The translations under genes were made by a program, and so were the position numbers. A DNA stretch of 63,354 bases, filler included, from Reclinomonas americana ATCC 50394 (taxonomy: Eukaryota), in the NCBI GenBank assembly GCA_048213135.1. It is 13 parts of 13 records of this genome, joined end to end, with 100 filler letters (N's around TTAATTAATTAA, not from the genome) between each part and the next. Parts side by side here need not be neighbours in the genome. Positions count along the whole stretch, not along the records: positions 28,569 to 41,868 come from AFZH01023952.1; positions 41,969 to 44,509 come from AFZH01023953.1; 11 more parts are not named here. One strand, given 5' to 3'. Within the stretch, counting starts at the first letter, position 1; each line of letters starts with the position of its first letter. Shown here piece by piece: positions 33,402 through 44,609 of this stretch. Under the pieces are notes generated by a model. That model did not search any database, had not been told where the DNA came from, and worked only from the letters and a program-made list of their open reading frames with translations.

Positions 33402-35135
33402 TCACAAAAACAATCTGAGCGCTGACAAGAAAGAGGAGTGATGTGAGGCACTAAAGCACCACACAGCAGCCGCCCTTGGACTCTTCTGGCCCTGGCGACG
33501 GTGCACTGTCGGCTTGTGCGGACCGCAGAGCAGCTGTTGTTGTTGGAGGAGTGAGCAACTGTCATGCACAACTGTGGCATTCATGGCGACGCAACTTGTG
33601 CTCGGTGGTGTCATGGGCTCGGTGTGTGTTACGGGGACAGTCAGTGTGCTGGGTGAGAGAGGCATGGAGACGGGTCGGGCGCTCGCTGTGGAGCTTGGTC
33701 GACTGTCGGAGCCAGCCGCCGATGATTCTGGGTGCATGGAAAATAATCAGACAACATGCAGACACATCATGAACACACACGCACTTGCGCACACCTCCAG
33801 GATATGAAAGTCGTGAAGGTTCTCGTGGATCTTGCCGTTGTCGCACATTGGCCTCGAATTGTGCTGCCGGGGTGAGAGGTGAGCAACAGAGATGCATTCG
33901 CAATGGCGTGTAAAGGAGTCACACACACCCTGTGCTTCCCGCAGCACGGCTGCCTCGTCCACGGGTCTCTTGAACGTCTGTTCCTCTTCCGGAGTCAACC
34001 CTGCAAACAGCCGGTGCCGGTGAGCGATGCCGTCAACGGGGAGGTGTTGAGTGGGAGAGACAGACCTTCGCTGAGATACCGACTGATGATGGCCTTGATG
34101 GGGCGATCCTTTGGACACAAATCTAGTACACTGGAGAGCTCCGCCGTCGCCATTGCTCCATGTGCGATCAGCATGCCCACAATCTACACGCGGATCGTCC
34201 GTCAGTCAACAACAATCTCAATGACAGACGCGCACGAAACGCAACATTCGGATGCCCCCATCGCACGGCCTTGTACAGTGGCGATCGTTTTTGGCGATCG
34301 GGAAACGCAACCTGCCACCACACAACAACATTCACCATCACCACCAAATCACGCCCTCCGCCACACTCTGGCGACCACGCAACATCCGCGCCATGCTCAA
34401 TCAGCAGCTTGACAGTCGACTCACGCCCCTCCGTCACCGCCAAGTGCAACGGCGACAGCTGATTGCTGTTCTTGGTCGCCAGATTCACCTAACGCACAGA
34501 CGACGACCACGTATAAGCAGTCGTCCACTCGCTGCACTCAACAGTACACTGCCACTGCGCAACATCAACTCCATGCTTGAGCAACTCCAACAGCACTCCA
34601 TTCGTTCCACTATTCGCTGCATGATGCACCGCTGGTACACAAGGAGGAGAACGTTAGAGGAAGTCCATGACACGTACAGAGGAAGAGAGAGAGAGCAGAG
34701 CGAACCAGCCCATCCGCTCTTATCAAACGCGCTGACCTGTGGCCATGAATGAGTGTGAGGACAGAGACAGAGAGAGGGAGAGTGGAGTGGAGCGCAACAT
34801 TGATGCCACGCTGTAACAACAACTGCGTGCTCACAACGTCGCCGGTCTGCGCGGCCAAGTGCAACGCATTGCGCTTGCTCTGCTCATCGACCACATCCAC
34901 ATCTCCCGCTTGCGCCGACTCCAGCAGCGTCCGCACGTCCCCGTTGCGTCCCATGAACACCGCCTGCAACAGCGTCGGCCTTCGCGAGTGCCGCGGATCA
35001 CTGCCAGGAACGGCCGCTGAAGAGAGAGAAGAGAGAGAGAGATCGCGCCATGTCAGTCGCACACACACACACGTGCGCTTGCAGGCATTGTGCTCTCTCT
35101 TGCTCTCTGTGTGTGCGTGTTTATGCCTCACCCAT
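33402..35135 (-). CDS. Ankyrin-repeat protein, multi-exon (3' end uncertain)
   Basis: NALHLAAQTG, PLHHAANSG, SPLHLAVTEGRESTVKLLIEHGAD, SPLYKAVRWGH; putative ATG-G|GTGAGG at 35135. Confidence 0.75.
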
Positions 35136-35234
35136 GTTCTGTCTTGCTGCTTTGCGTACGTGTGTGCGTGAGTTGCGAAATGCTCGCGAGTGTGACTGTC
35201 ACAGTCATTGTCGGAGATCATCGCGCGCGCCATC

Positions 35235-37019
35235 ATGATTCACATGCAGACGTTTCTGCTGTGTTTCCTCTGCTTAGGGTACCTGTGTGCACGCGCCGCA
35301 CTCGCGCTCTTGCCTTGTCCTCACACACTCTCGCAGGATTTCCGGCTCATTGTTCATCCTTGTCAGCTATGTGGCAATGCACTGCTGTCTGCGGATACCC
35401 AAGCGCAAGGCCTCTGTGTCGCCTGTGGTGTTCTCATTAGCCATGTGCGACTTTCTCTCCGCAGTCAAGTTCGTGCTGTTGTGCTGCTGCTGCTGAAAGG
35501 CGCCTTTTGAGCGTGATCATCATGTGTGTGTCTATTAGTTGGATTCTGCAGGCGAGCTTCCGGGAGAGTTGTGTTGAGTTTGGATACGCGTCGGTGTTCT
35601 TCTCGATGAGTTCGTTCTTCTGGAGCTTGTCGGTGGCCATTGCGATTTACCGCGCAGTGGTGCTGCGCTCGGTGATCTCCGGCGCCTGGCTCATCTACTA
35701 TCATGTGATGAGCTGGGGAGTGCCGGGTGTGTTCATGGTGTCGCTCATTGGGACGCGGAGAATCGAGCACAGCACGGAGGGTGAGCAGTCACAGTCGCCG
35801 CTGTTGTCTATTCTGTCGCTCACGCGTGCGAGCAGGCTGCTGGTTCCCGACCAACGACATCGGGCAGCTGGCGTACTGGGTTGCGTTCACTCTCCTACCC
35901 GCACAGACTCGTGCGCAGTGTCTCACATGTAGCGCAGATTTTGCCGCTGGTGGGCGCGTGGGTCGCTGCGCTGGCGTTCTACTCGCTGACACTGGCGTTT
36001 GTGCGGCGCACATCGCTGCGACGCTCTGTGCGCTCCATCAACGTCCGCCTGTTGCTCTACGCGCTGGTGTTCTTGCCAACGGTGCTGCCTCTCTCCACTT
36101 GCCGTCGGTCGTCCTTGTTGTCTCACACGCGCGCGTGACCTGACAGACACTCCCCGATATCACCGTGTCCACGCTCGCCGTGTTTGATGTGTACGCACCA
36201 CGGTGGGTACGCGACGTGACAGTGTGTCTGGTGGCCTCGCGCGGGTTTGTTGCCTTCTCCCACATGCGTGTCTTGTGTGTGCGCAAAGTATTCTCACGCT
36301 CTCGATTCGCAGCTTCTTCAACGGTGTCGTGTTTGCCTTCAACGTGGACTCGGAGGGACGCATCAGTGCGTCTCCGTTCTCTTCGCGTTCAATCCACTCG
36401 TCCTCACTCTCCTGTCTTGTGTGCAGTGCGCAGCGTTCGTCGGTTCTTCGCCTGCTGGTGCTTGCGGAGAGAAAAGTACAAGCTGTACGGTGGACGAAGC
36501 GCCGGTTGTTGCGCGATTCTGTGCACCGAGCCGTCTGAATTCGGCGGTGCTGTGCCACTGATCGCGGAGAAGCCGCACGGTAACCACCCTCCGGGAACCC
36601 CGGTGTCCTCGCTGTCGCCGGCCCAGTCGGCCACGGCGTCGGGACGCCAGATTCCGTCGGTGCCTCCGCGATCGGTGCTCAGTGGTGGTGGCCAGTACGA
36701 CGCACTGCCGCCACCTGCGTCGCCGCGCTTTGTTTCCTCGTGGGAGAGCCAGCATCACCTGTCACGGTCGCATTCGGTGGCGTCGAACAGTCCGGGTCAT
36801 CGTGGCAGCATTGTCGGCACCGTCATTCGCATGCCGTCGCAGTTTGCGCCCACGCCCACCACTCGAGCCTCTGTCATCAACGTCGGCGGCGTCAGTGCCG
36901 CCTCCTCCAGTGTTGTGACGCCCTCTTCGTCTTTCGGCGGTGCCCACGCGGCACTCGAGGAGCGGAGACCACTCGCAGAGGATGACGAGGAGACAGGGAC
37001 CAGTGTGCATAGCACGTAG
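35235..37019 (+). CDS. 7-TM G-protein-coupled receptor, cAMP-receptor/GCR1-like, multi-exon
   Basis: Seven hydrophobic segments with GSLFIL, LAMCDFL, SFFWS..AIAIY, YYHVMSWG, GCW, RLLLY..VF and GFFNGVVF; Ser/Pro-rich tail. Confidence 0.8.
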
Positions 37020-37089
37020 CAGCTTTTTTGTGTTGAATGTATCATAATGGATTGTCTTGCCACCGTCCCACCGCAGCACACGCACAACC

Positions 37090-39020
37090 ATGTCGAGCGA
37101 GACAACAAGGACTGACGGCGGTGGTGCATCCTCCTCCTCCGCTGCATCACTCCGACTCGAGACACTCGCCGTCTCTTCGCGACACTGTCACGCTCCGGCA
37201 CACTCCGCTGCGCTGGAGGAGCTGGAGACAGCACCACCGAGACCACTCACCACACCCATCTACACGAGCTCCACGTGCGTGCAGCCACGCACAGGTGGTG
37301 GGGACCGATCGCGACTGACATGCATTCCCGCAGCTATCTGTTGGATGACAGCCACCACGCAACACTGGTGCAGAACGATGCGGCTGCTGGCACAGGCTCC
37401 AGCCCGTACTTTTACAGCCGTTGGGTGCGTCTGTGGTGGGGGGAGGATTGGAGAAATCCGTGTGTGTCTCATCAGCCCTCTACTCCGCAGGGAAATCCGA
37501 CGGCCGAGTCGGTGGCGAATCAGGTCTGCAGGCTGCGGCACTCACTCTCTGTTGCAGTGCGGTCGCTGATGTTTTATGCGTGTATGCCTCTGCCAAGATT
37601 GCCACGTTGGAGGGTGCATACGGCACTCATGTGACGGCCAGTGGCATGGCCGCCGTCAGCTCCGTACTGTTGACTGTTGAGTTGTCGTTGGTCTTGTGAA
37701 CCAAGTAACACGATCTCGAGCTGACAATGTCTGTGACGATCCAGTTTCTGAAGAGTGGCGACCATGCCATTGTCAGCTCTGCAGTTACGTGGCTGTGCCG
37801 TTTCCACGACGTTGCTGTGGCGTGATCGCTGACATGCATGGGTGCAGGTGTACAGCGCCACGCATGAGTTGTTCCGCGTGGTGCTGCCGGAGCACGGTGT
37901 GGAGACCACGTTTGTGGAGCAGACATCCGTGCAGAACTTTGTGGACGCCATGCGGCCCAACACGAGACTGGTGTACGGCGAGACGCCCGCCAATCCGACG
38001 ATGTCGATTCTGGTCTGCCGTACGCAGGAGAAAAATGTCGCAGTGCCGGGGGCTGATTTTCGTGTGCATCTCGCAGGATTTGAAGGCATTTGGTGCCCTG
38101 CAGGGTGTCGATGGAGGTAATTCGTGGTGTGTTCCTTGCCTTCCTGAATCACGTACTCACTCTCATCCTCGATCTCTGCAGCACCTCTCGTCAAGGTGGT
38201 CGATTCGACACAGGCGTCGCCTGTCAACCAACGACCACTGTTGCACGGCGTGGACGTGTCGGTGCACAGTGCCACCAAGTTGCGCTCGCCCCGCCGGCGA
38301 ATGACCATGTGCAGACATGCTGATGGTTCAGTGCTGCTTGCAGATACCTCGGCGGTCACTCGGACTTGCTCGGCGGCTGCATCTCCTGTCGAACCGAAGA
38401 GCAGTATCTCCGCCTCCGCAAGTCCATGCGCCTCTTTGGTGGCGTCTTGTCGCCATTTGATTGCTTCCTCTTGCGTTAAGTCGACCACCGCTTTGCTCGT
38501 CTCGTGCGACTCACGGATTACCACCGGCACAGAACGTGGTCTAAAGACGCTGCCGCTGCGCATCCACAAGCACAACGAGAACGCCATGCATCTGGCCCGC
38601 TTCCTGGCCGCCCATCCGAAAGTGGTGGTGGTGCACTACCCCGGCCTGGAGACGCATCCGCAACACGCAGTAGCAGCGGCGCAGATGGACGGTTCGACGT
38701 CGCCCCCCAACCTCCACTGTCAGTGAGTTGCTGAGTTGTGTGTGTCTGCAGGATTCGGCGGCATGGTGGCATTCGAGGTAGCGAATGGCTTCGAGGGTGG
38801 AAAGCACGTGCTCGAGAACGTGCGCGTCATACAACTGGCCGTCTCTCTCGGTGGCACCGAGTCCCTTATTCAACATCCGGCATCGATGACACACGGCAGT
38901 GTGCCACCGGCGGCGCGTGCTGCGGCGGGGATCACCGACGGACTCCTGCGCTTCTCTGTGGGTCTTGAGCATGTTGACGACCTGCAGGCTGACTTGGAGC
39001 AGGCGCTGGCGTCGGTGTGA
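37090..39020 (+). CDS. PLP-dependent Cys/Met metabolism enzyme (cystathionine/methionine gamma-lyase family), multi-exon
   Basis: YSRWGNPT, ASGMAA, ETPANPT, VDST, HSATKYLGGHSD (PLP lysine), [37 protein letters not shown]. Confidence 0.95.
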
Positions 39021-39071
39021 GTGGCCAAAAGAGACGACGAGAAGAGGTGGCGGCGGCAAAAAAAAGAGAGT

Positions 39072-39158
39072 GAAGAAGCCGACGGTCGGCCACTCGCTTC
39101 GTCCTGATCCTCAACGCAGCCGCAAAGACGAGGGCGGCCAACTCAGGCGGGCTTCTTC
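39072..39158 (-). ncRNA. Putative small hairpin ncRNA, divergent paralogue of the array unit
   Basis: Same terminal stem (GAAGAAGCC...GGCUUCUUC) as the array with a different interior; CTCAAG at -30, ACCCACAA at -63..-70 and a T8 run downstream. Confidence 0.55.
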
Positions 39159-39386
39159 GGTGGTGAATAGGGACGGCAGCTGCAGATCTTGAGTTGCGTG
39201 TGGCAGAACAAGAAGCGAGATTGTGGGTTCGTTGTCGAAACTGGAATAATTCCTTTGTTCGAGAATGTTGCACCTCAGTGTGGGTCTGTTCCAGCAGCAG
39301 TTGTCACCAATCCCGATAGTGGTAAGCACACATGCTGTACTCGAGTGACAAAAGAGAGAGGGAGGGAGGAAGCAAAAAAGAAAAGC

Positions 39387-41860
39387 GAAGAAGCCGCCGG
39401 TCTGCCTCACGAACTCGCCACTGACACCGAAATGCAGTGGACGAGACTCGGAAGAACAGACACAGATAGACTTCTTCGATCTGGAGATGGTGTCAAGCGT
39501 GCCATACTTGAGTATTGCACAGTTAGTTCGGTGAGTGAACTTGTGGGTGAGGAGGGAGACTGCATGCTCAATGAGAGAGAGATTCTTGTTTCGGTATTTC
39601 ATCTGCTCACATCAGCAACACAGTGTGGATCAGTCCAGCAGCAGTAGTCACCGGTCCAGATGGTAGTGCTCGTGCTGCACTTGAGAGACAAAAGAAAGAG
39701 AGAGGGAGAGAGGAAGCAAAAAAGAAAAGTGAAGAAGCCGCCGGTCTGCCTCACGAACTCGCCACTGACACCGAAATGCAGTGGACGAAACTCGGAAGAA
39801 CAGACACAGACAGACTTCTTCGATCTGGAGATGATGCTGAGCATGCTGTACTTGAGTGCAGCACAGATCCTGGTGAGTGAGCTTGTGGGTGAGGAGGGAG
39901 ACTGCATGCTCAGAGAGAGAGATTCTTGTTCGGTATTTCATTGTCTTCACACTGGCAACGTTAACACAGTGTGGATCAGTCCAGCAACAGTTGTCACCGA
40001 TCCAGATGGTGGTAAGCACACATGCTGTACCTGAGTGGCAAAAGGAAGAGAGAGGGAGAGCAAAAAAGAAGCGAAGAAGCCGCCGGTCAGCCTCACGAAC
40101 CCGCCGCTGACACCGAAATGCAGTGGACGAAACTCGGAAGGACAGACACAGACAGACTTCTTCGACCTGGAGGTGGTGTCGAGCATGCTGTACTTGAGTA
40201 CAGCACAATGGTCCTTCCGAGTGAGCTTGTGGGTGAGGAGAGAGACTGCATGTTCAGAGAGAGAGAGATTCTTGTTCGGTATTTCATTTTGTTCACATCA
40301 GCAACACAGTGCGGAACAGTCCAGCAGCAGTTGTCACCGATCCACATGATGGCGCACATGCTGCACTCGAGCAGCAAAAGGAAAGAGAGAGAAAAACAAA
40401 AAAGAAAAGCGAAGAAGCCGCCGGCCTGCCTCACGAACCCGCCACTGACACCGAAATGCAGTGGACGAGACTCGGAAGAACAGACACAGACGGACTTCTT
40501 CGACCTGGAGGTGGTGTCGAGCGTGCCATACTTGAGTACAGCACAATGGTCCTTCCGAGTGAGCTTGTGGGTGAGGAGAGAGACTGCATGCTCACACAGA
40601 GAGAGAGATTCTTGTTTCGGTATTTCATTTGTTCACATTGGCAACACAGTGTGGATCAGTCCAGCAGCAGTTACCGTCAATCCAGTTGATGGTTCACATG
40701 CTGTACTTGAGTGACAAAAGTAAGAGAGAAAGAGGGAGATGAAGGAAAAAAGGATGAAGAAGCCGCCGGCCTGCCTCACGAGCTCGCCACTGACACCGAA
40801 ATGCAGTGGACGAGACTCGGAAGAACAGACACAGACGGACTTCTTCGATGTGGAGATGGTGTCGAGCATGCTGCACTTGAGCACGGTATAGTGATCCTGG
40901 TGAGTGAGCTTGTGGGTGAGGAGGGAGACTGCATGCTCACACAGAGAGAGAGAGATTCTTGTTTCGGTATTTCATTTGTTCACACTGGCAACACAGTGTG
41001 CAACAGTCCAGCAGCAGTTGTCTCCAATCCTAACGGTGGCAAGCGATGCTCGAGCGACAAAAGGAAGAGAGAGGGGGAGCAAAAAAGAAGTGAAGAAGCC
41101 GCCGGTCTGCCTCACGAACTCGCCACTGACACCGAAATGCAATGGACGAAACTCGGAAGAACAGACACAGACGAACTTCTTCGGCCTGGAGATGGTGTCG
41201 AGCATGCCATACTTGAGCGTACTATAATGATCCTGGAGGGTGAGCTTGTGGGTGAGAGGGAGACTGCATGCTCAAAGAGAGAGAGATTCTTGTTTCGGTA
41301 TTTCGTTTGTTCACACTGGCAACGCAGTGTGGATCTCTCCAGCAGCAGTTGTCTTCAATCCAGATGGTGGTAGCACACATGCTGTACCTGAGTGGCAAAA
41401 GGAAGAGAGAGGGAGAGAGAGGAGCAAAAAAGCGAAGAAGCCGCCGGCCTGTCTCACGAACTCGCCACTGACACCGAAATGCAGTGGACGAGACTCGAAA
41501 GAACAGACACAGACAGACTTCTTCGATGTGGAGACTGTATCGAGCATGCTATACTTGGGTGCAGCACGGCGGGCTCGGTGGTTGAGCTTGTGGGTGAGGA
41601 GAGAGACTGCATGCTCAGAGAGAGAGAGAGATTCTTGTTTTGGTATTTCATTTGTTCACACTGGCAACACAGTGTGAATCAGTCCAGCAGCAGTTGTCAC
41701 CGATCCAGATAGTGGTGCACATGCTGCACTCGAGCAGCAAAAAGAAATAGAAAGAAAGCAAAAAAAAGTGAAGAAGCCGCCGGCCAGCCTCACGAACTCG
41801 CCACTGACACCGAAATGCAGTGGACGAGACTCGGAAGAACAGACACAGACGGACTTCTTC
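39387..41860 (-). ncRNA. Cluster of eight putative 91-nt hairpin ncRNA genes (39387-39477, 39731-39821, 40073-40163, 40411-40501, 40756-40846, 41092-41182, 41434-41524, 41770-41860)
   Basis: The 91-nt core has no indels and folds into a long bulged hairpin with G-U pairs on the minus strand. It has fixed-distance upstream motifs and an adjacent T-run, while the flanks tolerate indels. Confidence 0.6.
39541..39548 (-). promoter_or_regulatory. ACCCACAA upstream element (DUSE/USE-like); also at 39221, 39883, 40227, 40565, 40910, 41246, 41588 (GCCCACAA at 42024)
   Basis: Lies 62-71 nt upstream of each hairpin 5' end, including the divergent copy. Matches the WCCCAYAA element known ~63 nt upstream of Dictyostelium small RNA genes. 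Confidence 0.6.
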
Positions 41861-42280
41861 GATCTGGANNNNNNNNNNNNNNNNNNNNNNNNNNNNNNNN
41901 NNNNNNNNNNNNTTAATTAATTAANNNNNNNNNNNNNNNNNNNNNNNNNNNNNNNNNNNNNNNNNNNNGACGGTATCGAGCATGCTGTGCTTGAGCACAG
42001 CACGGTGATCGTGGTGCGTGTGCTTGTGGGCGAGGAGAGAGACTGCATGCTCACAGAGAGAGAGAGAGATTCTTGTTTCGGTATTTCATATGGTCGCATT
42101 GGCAGCACAGTGTGGAGCAGTCCAGCAACACGGGTTGTCTCCACTGATGGTGGCACACATGCCTACTTATATATAACAAATGAAGGAGCGAGCGCGCGCG
42201 AGAGAGAGCAGGAAGTGACCATGACGCGCACCGTTGGCGTCCTCACGTCCTCTCGCTTGCAAACTGTTGCGTAAAATCTG

Positions 42281-43562
42281 ATGGGAGTGTCGTCATCGTA
42301 CCCTCGGCGCCCTCGAGGAGTGACTGCAGTCCTTGCGTATGAGTTCGGGGCGATCAAGGCACACTTGGAGGCGCAGCGCGTTGTGCAGATTGCGCTCTCC
42401 CCTCAGCAAACAGTTGCGTGTGTTCTCGCGATCGCTGTTTGTTTTTGCCAGTGTTGCACGTGAACATATGCAAGCACGCGCTCACCACTTGACGTACACG
42501 CCTTTCGTGCAGGACGAGGAGTCGCTGTACCTCTTCAAAGGAGGTTTTGAGCTTCACGCACGAGTGCCAGTTGAGTTCCTCGGCGCTATCTTCGACTTGC
42601 ATGTGAACGGCAACTTGCGGTGGTCCAGTCGCAGTGGCGTGTACAGGGGCTGCGGAATCTTTGAGATAGGACTGCTCCCTGTGACGTCTGGCAACGGAAC
42701 CGTCACCATTGGATCCCGTCAGATCATCATGCGACTTGGTGACGGACCGTCGGCCCTGCGATATGCCGTACGTTTCGCGAATCTCTCAAGGTTGTGGTGG
42801 CCTTGTCTCCCGAGCGCTGTGCTTGCGTCTTCCAGTGCATTTGACCCACTTGGATAGGTGCCAAGCGTCCGTGGACGAGAGCCCTTCGCGATCGACTCCA
42901 CCGACGTCTGATCGCGTTGCAGTTGTTGACGGTGCAAATGGGTCAGTTTCTTTGACCACCTCTCACCTTCGCTGTCACTCACTGCCTGTTTGTTTTCAGT
43001 GCGGATTCTTCACCAGCGGCTGCTGAGCTCACATCCTATGTTATGTTAAGCGCACAGAGTGATTTCGCTGAGTGCGGGCGAGAGTTTCACCGCACCGCGG
43101 CCGCCGGTGCAGTTCAGATCTGTTCAGACAAATGCAAATCTCCTCCGCAAACATGGGAGGACTGGCCTGGGATTGGCACCAATTGCAAGACTCAACGTTA
43201 ATCCCTATTCTTGTATGGCTGTCTCCTTCAGTTTGCTGACCCGCTGCGGTCCGCGGCATGCACGCGCAGTGCAAAATCTGAGGATCCGGATGAATTCAAG
43301 GCAGCGGGCACGTCCTGCTGAACCAGAAGACATACAACCCGCGGACCTGATTAGTTTGGTGCTCGTCTTGCTTGTTGCCTCATCGCACCATGCTCTCACA
43401 CGCAGCCCGGCAGCATTGTTCGAAGAAACCGGCTACAACGTCAGCGAATTCGCGGAACTTCTCCGCCGAGAAAACGTGACGTACTGGAGCATGGTGGCCA
43501 ATCAGGTGATGGCGTGGACGCTGGTCGACTACCAGGCGTCGTCCTTCGTGGAACCGATGTGA
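42281..43562 (+). CDS. Possible multi-exon hypothetical protein
   Basis: ATG 42281, a GTTGCG donor at 42413 joining in phase to a long ORF after gtgcag(42512), and further ORF pieces to 43562; no recognisable motif. Confidence 0.3.
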
Positions 43563-43626
43563 AGAAACTGACTGTAAACGAGTCCTGTTGTCCGACGCAT
43601 CACAAGTCACACACTTCGTTTTTGAG

Positions 43627-44280
43627 ATGGCATTCCGGTTGAAGAAGAAGGTCGAGACCGACGCAGCTGCAGCTGCCGCCGCTGCATCAGCACCCGAAGC
43701 ATCTGGCTCAGGCGCCAGTGGATCAGGCGCCTCGGCGATGGACGAGGACCCGGGCATGAGCGCCTTCACCACCAATGCCCACGCAGCGCCCAGCAGCCGC
43801 CCACGAGTCTCACCGGCAGAACTCAGGCTCACCAAGGGTGCGTGCGGCATTCCACTCTATCACATGCACACACACAGAGAAGAGAGTGAGAGTGTACACA
43901 GTGGACAACAGCGCACACTGAGAGTGGCGTGTGCGTGAGTGTGCTACTATGATGCACCACTGTCGCCTATCACATGCATGCTGTTGACAGTCAGATTATG
44001 ATGACGACTTGATTATTTCTGGTCACACACGCACTCATTGTGTATCTTTCTGTGTGGTGACTGTGTGCAGACTTGAAGGACATTGAGCCGAGTCCCGAGT
44101 ATGAGCTGGACTTCCCCGACCCCAACGACACGCTGCACTTCCGCATCACATTCAAGCCAGTGGATGGCGACTACACTCGCGGCTCGTTCCTCTTTGAGTG
44201 TGAGATCCCGCGTGATTACCCACACTCGCCGCCGAAGCTGCTGTGCAAGACACCAATCTACCATCCCAACATTGATCTCG
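43627..44280 (+). CDS. UBC12: NEDD8-conjugating E2 enzyme Ubc12-like (first two exons; truncated by gap)
   Basis: MAFRLKKK N-terminal extension, AELRLTKD, FPDPNDTLHF, YPHSPPK, IYHPNIDL. Confidence 0.8.
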
Positions 44281-44609
44281 GTGGGTGCCGCCGTGTTGTT
44301 CTTGTCTGAGCTCTTGTGTTGCAGCAGTGGTGGGGGGTTCTGTCATGCTCTCTCTTCTCTTGCGCACTCTACTTGCTGTGTGCGTCCCCTTATCTGTCTC
44401 TGTTGTGTGCATGCATTCACTTTCCTCTGCAATTGTGTGCATTTCAGTCTCACCTTCCAACGTTTCATCACGCGTCTCTCATCTCCTTCTCTCCCTCTCC
44501 CTCTCTCTCNNNNNNNNNNNNNNNNNNNNNNNNNNNNNNNNNNNNNNNNNNNNTTAATTAATTAANNNNNNNNNNNNNNNNNNNNNNNNNNNNNNNNNNN
44601 NNNNNNNNN

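Larger units (their letters stand above)
39275..42160. repeat. Tandem array of ~340-bp units (8 hairpin copies before the gap, a further part-unit after it)
   Basis: The conserved core starts at 39387, 39731, 40073, 40411, 40756, 41092, 41434 and 41770 (periods 336-345). The unit continues at 41969-42160 after the gap. Confidence 0.95.

Noticed and set aside
39387..39477. tRNA-Sec or other tRNA (similar length, external promoter, GUUCG)
   Set aside because: No cloverleaf, no UCA anticodon loop, no T-stem; GUUCG is not kept in the divergent copy.
39585..39620. Hammerhead ribozyme/retrozyme in the tandem unit (minus strand CTGATG...GAAAC)
   Set aside because: Core reads CUGAUGU rather than CUGANGA, is CCAGUGU or CCAAUGU in most copies, and has no stem II.
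39111..41712. Repeat-protein gene in the array (ORFs on both strands)
   Set aside because: Frame-breaking indels and stops between units and no consistent splice pattern; substitutions fit RNA pairing better than codon positions.
39275..42160. CRISPR array
   Set aside because: Whole 340-bp units are similar, with no unique spacers, no cas genes, and a eukaryotic context.
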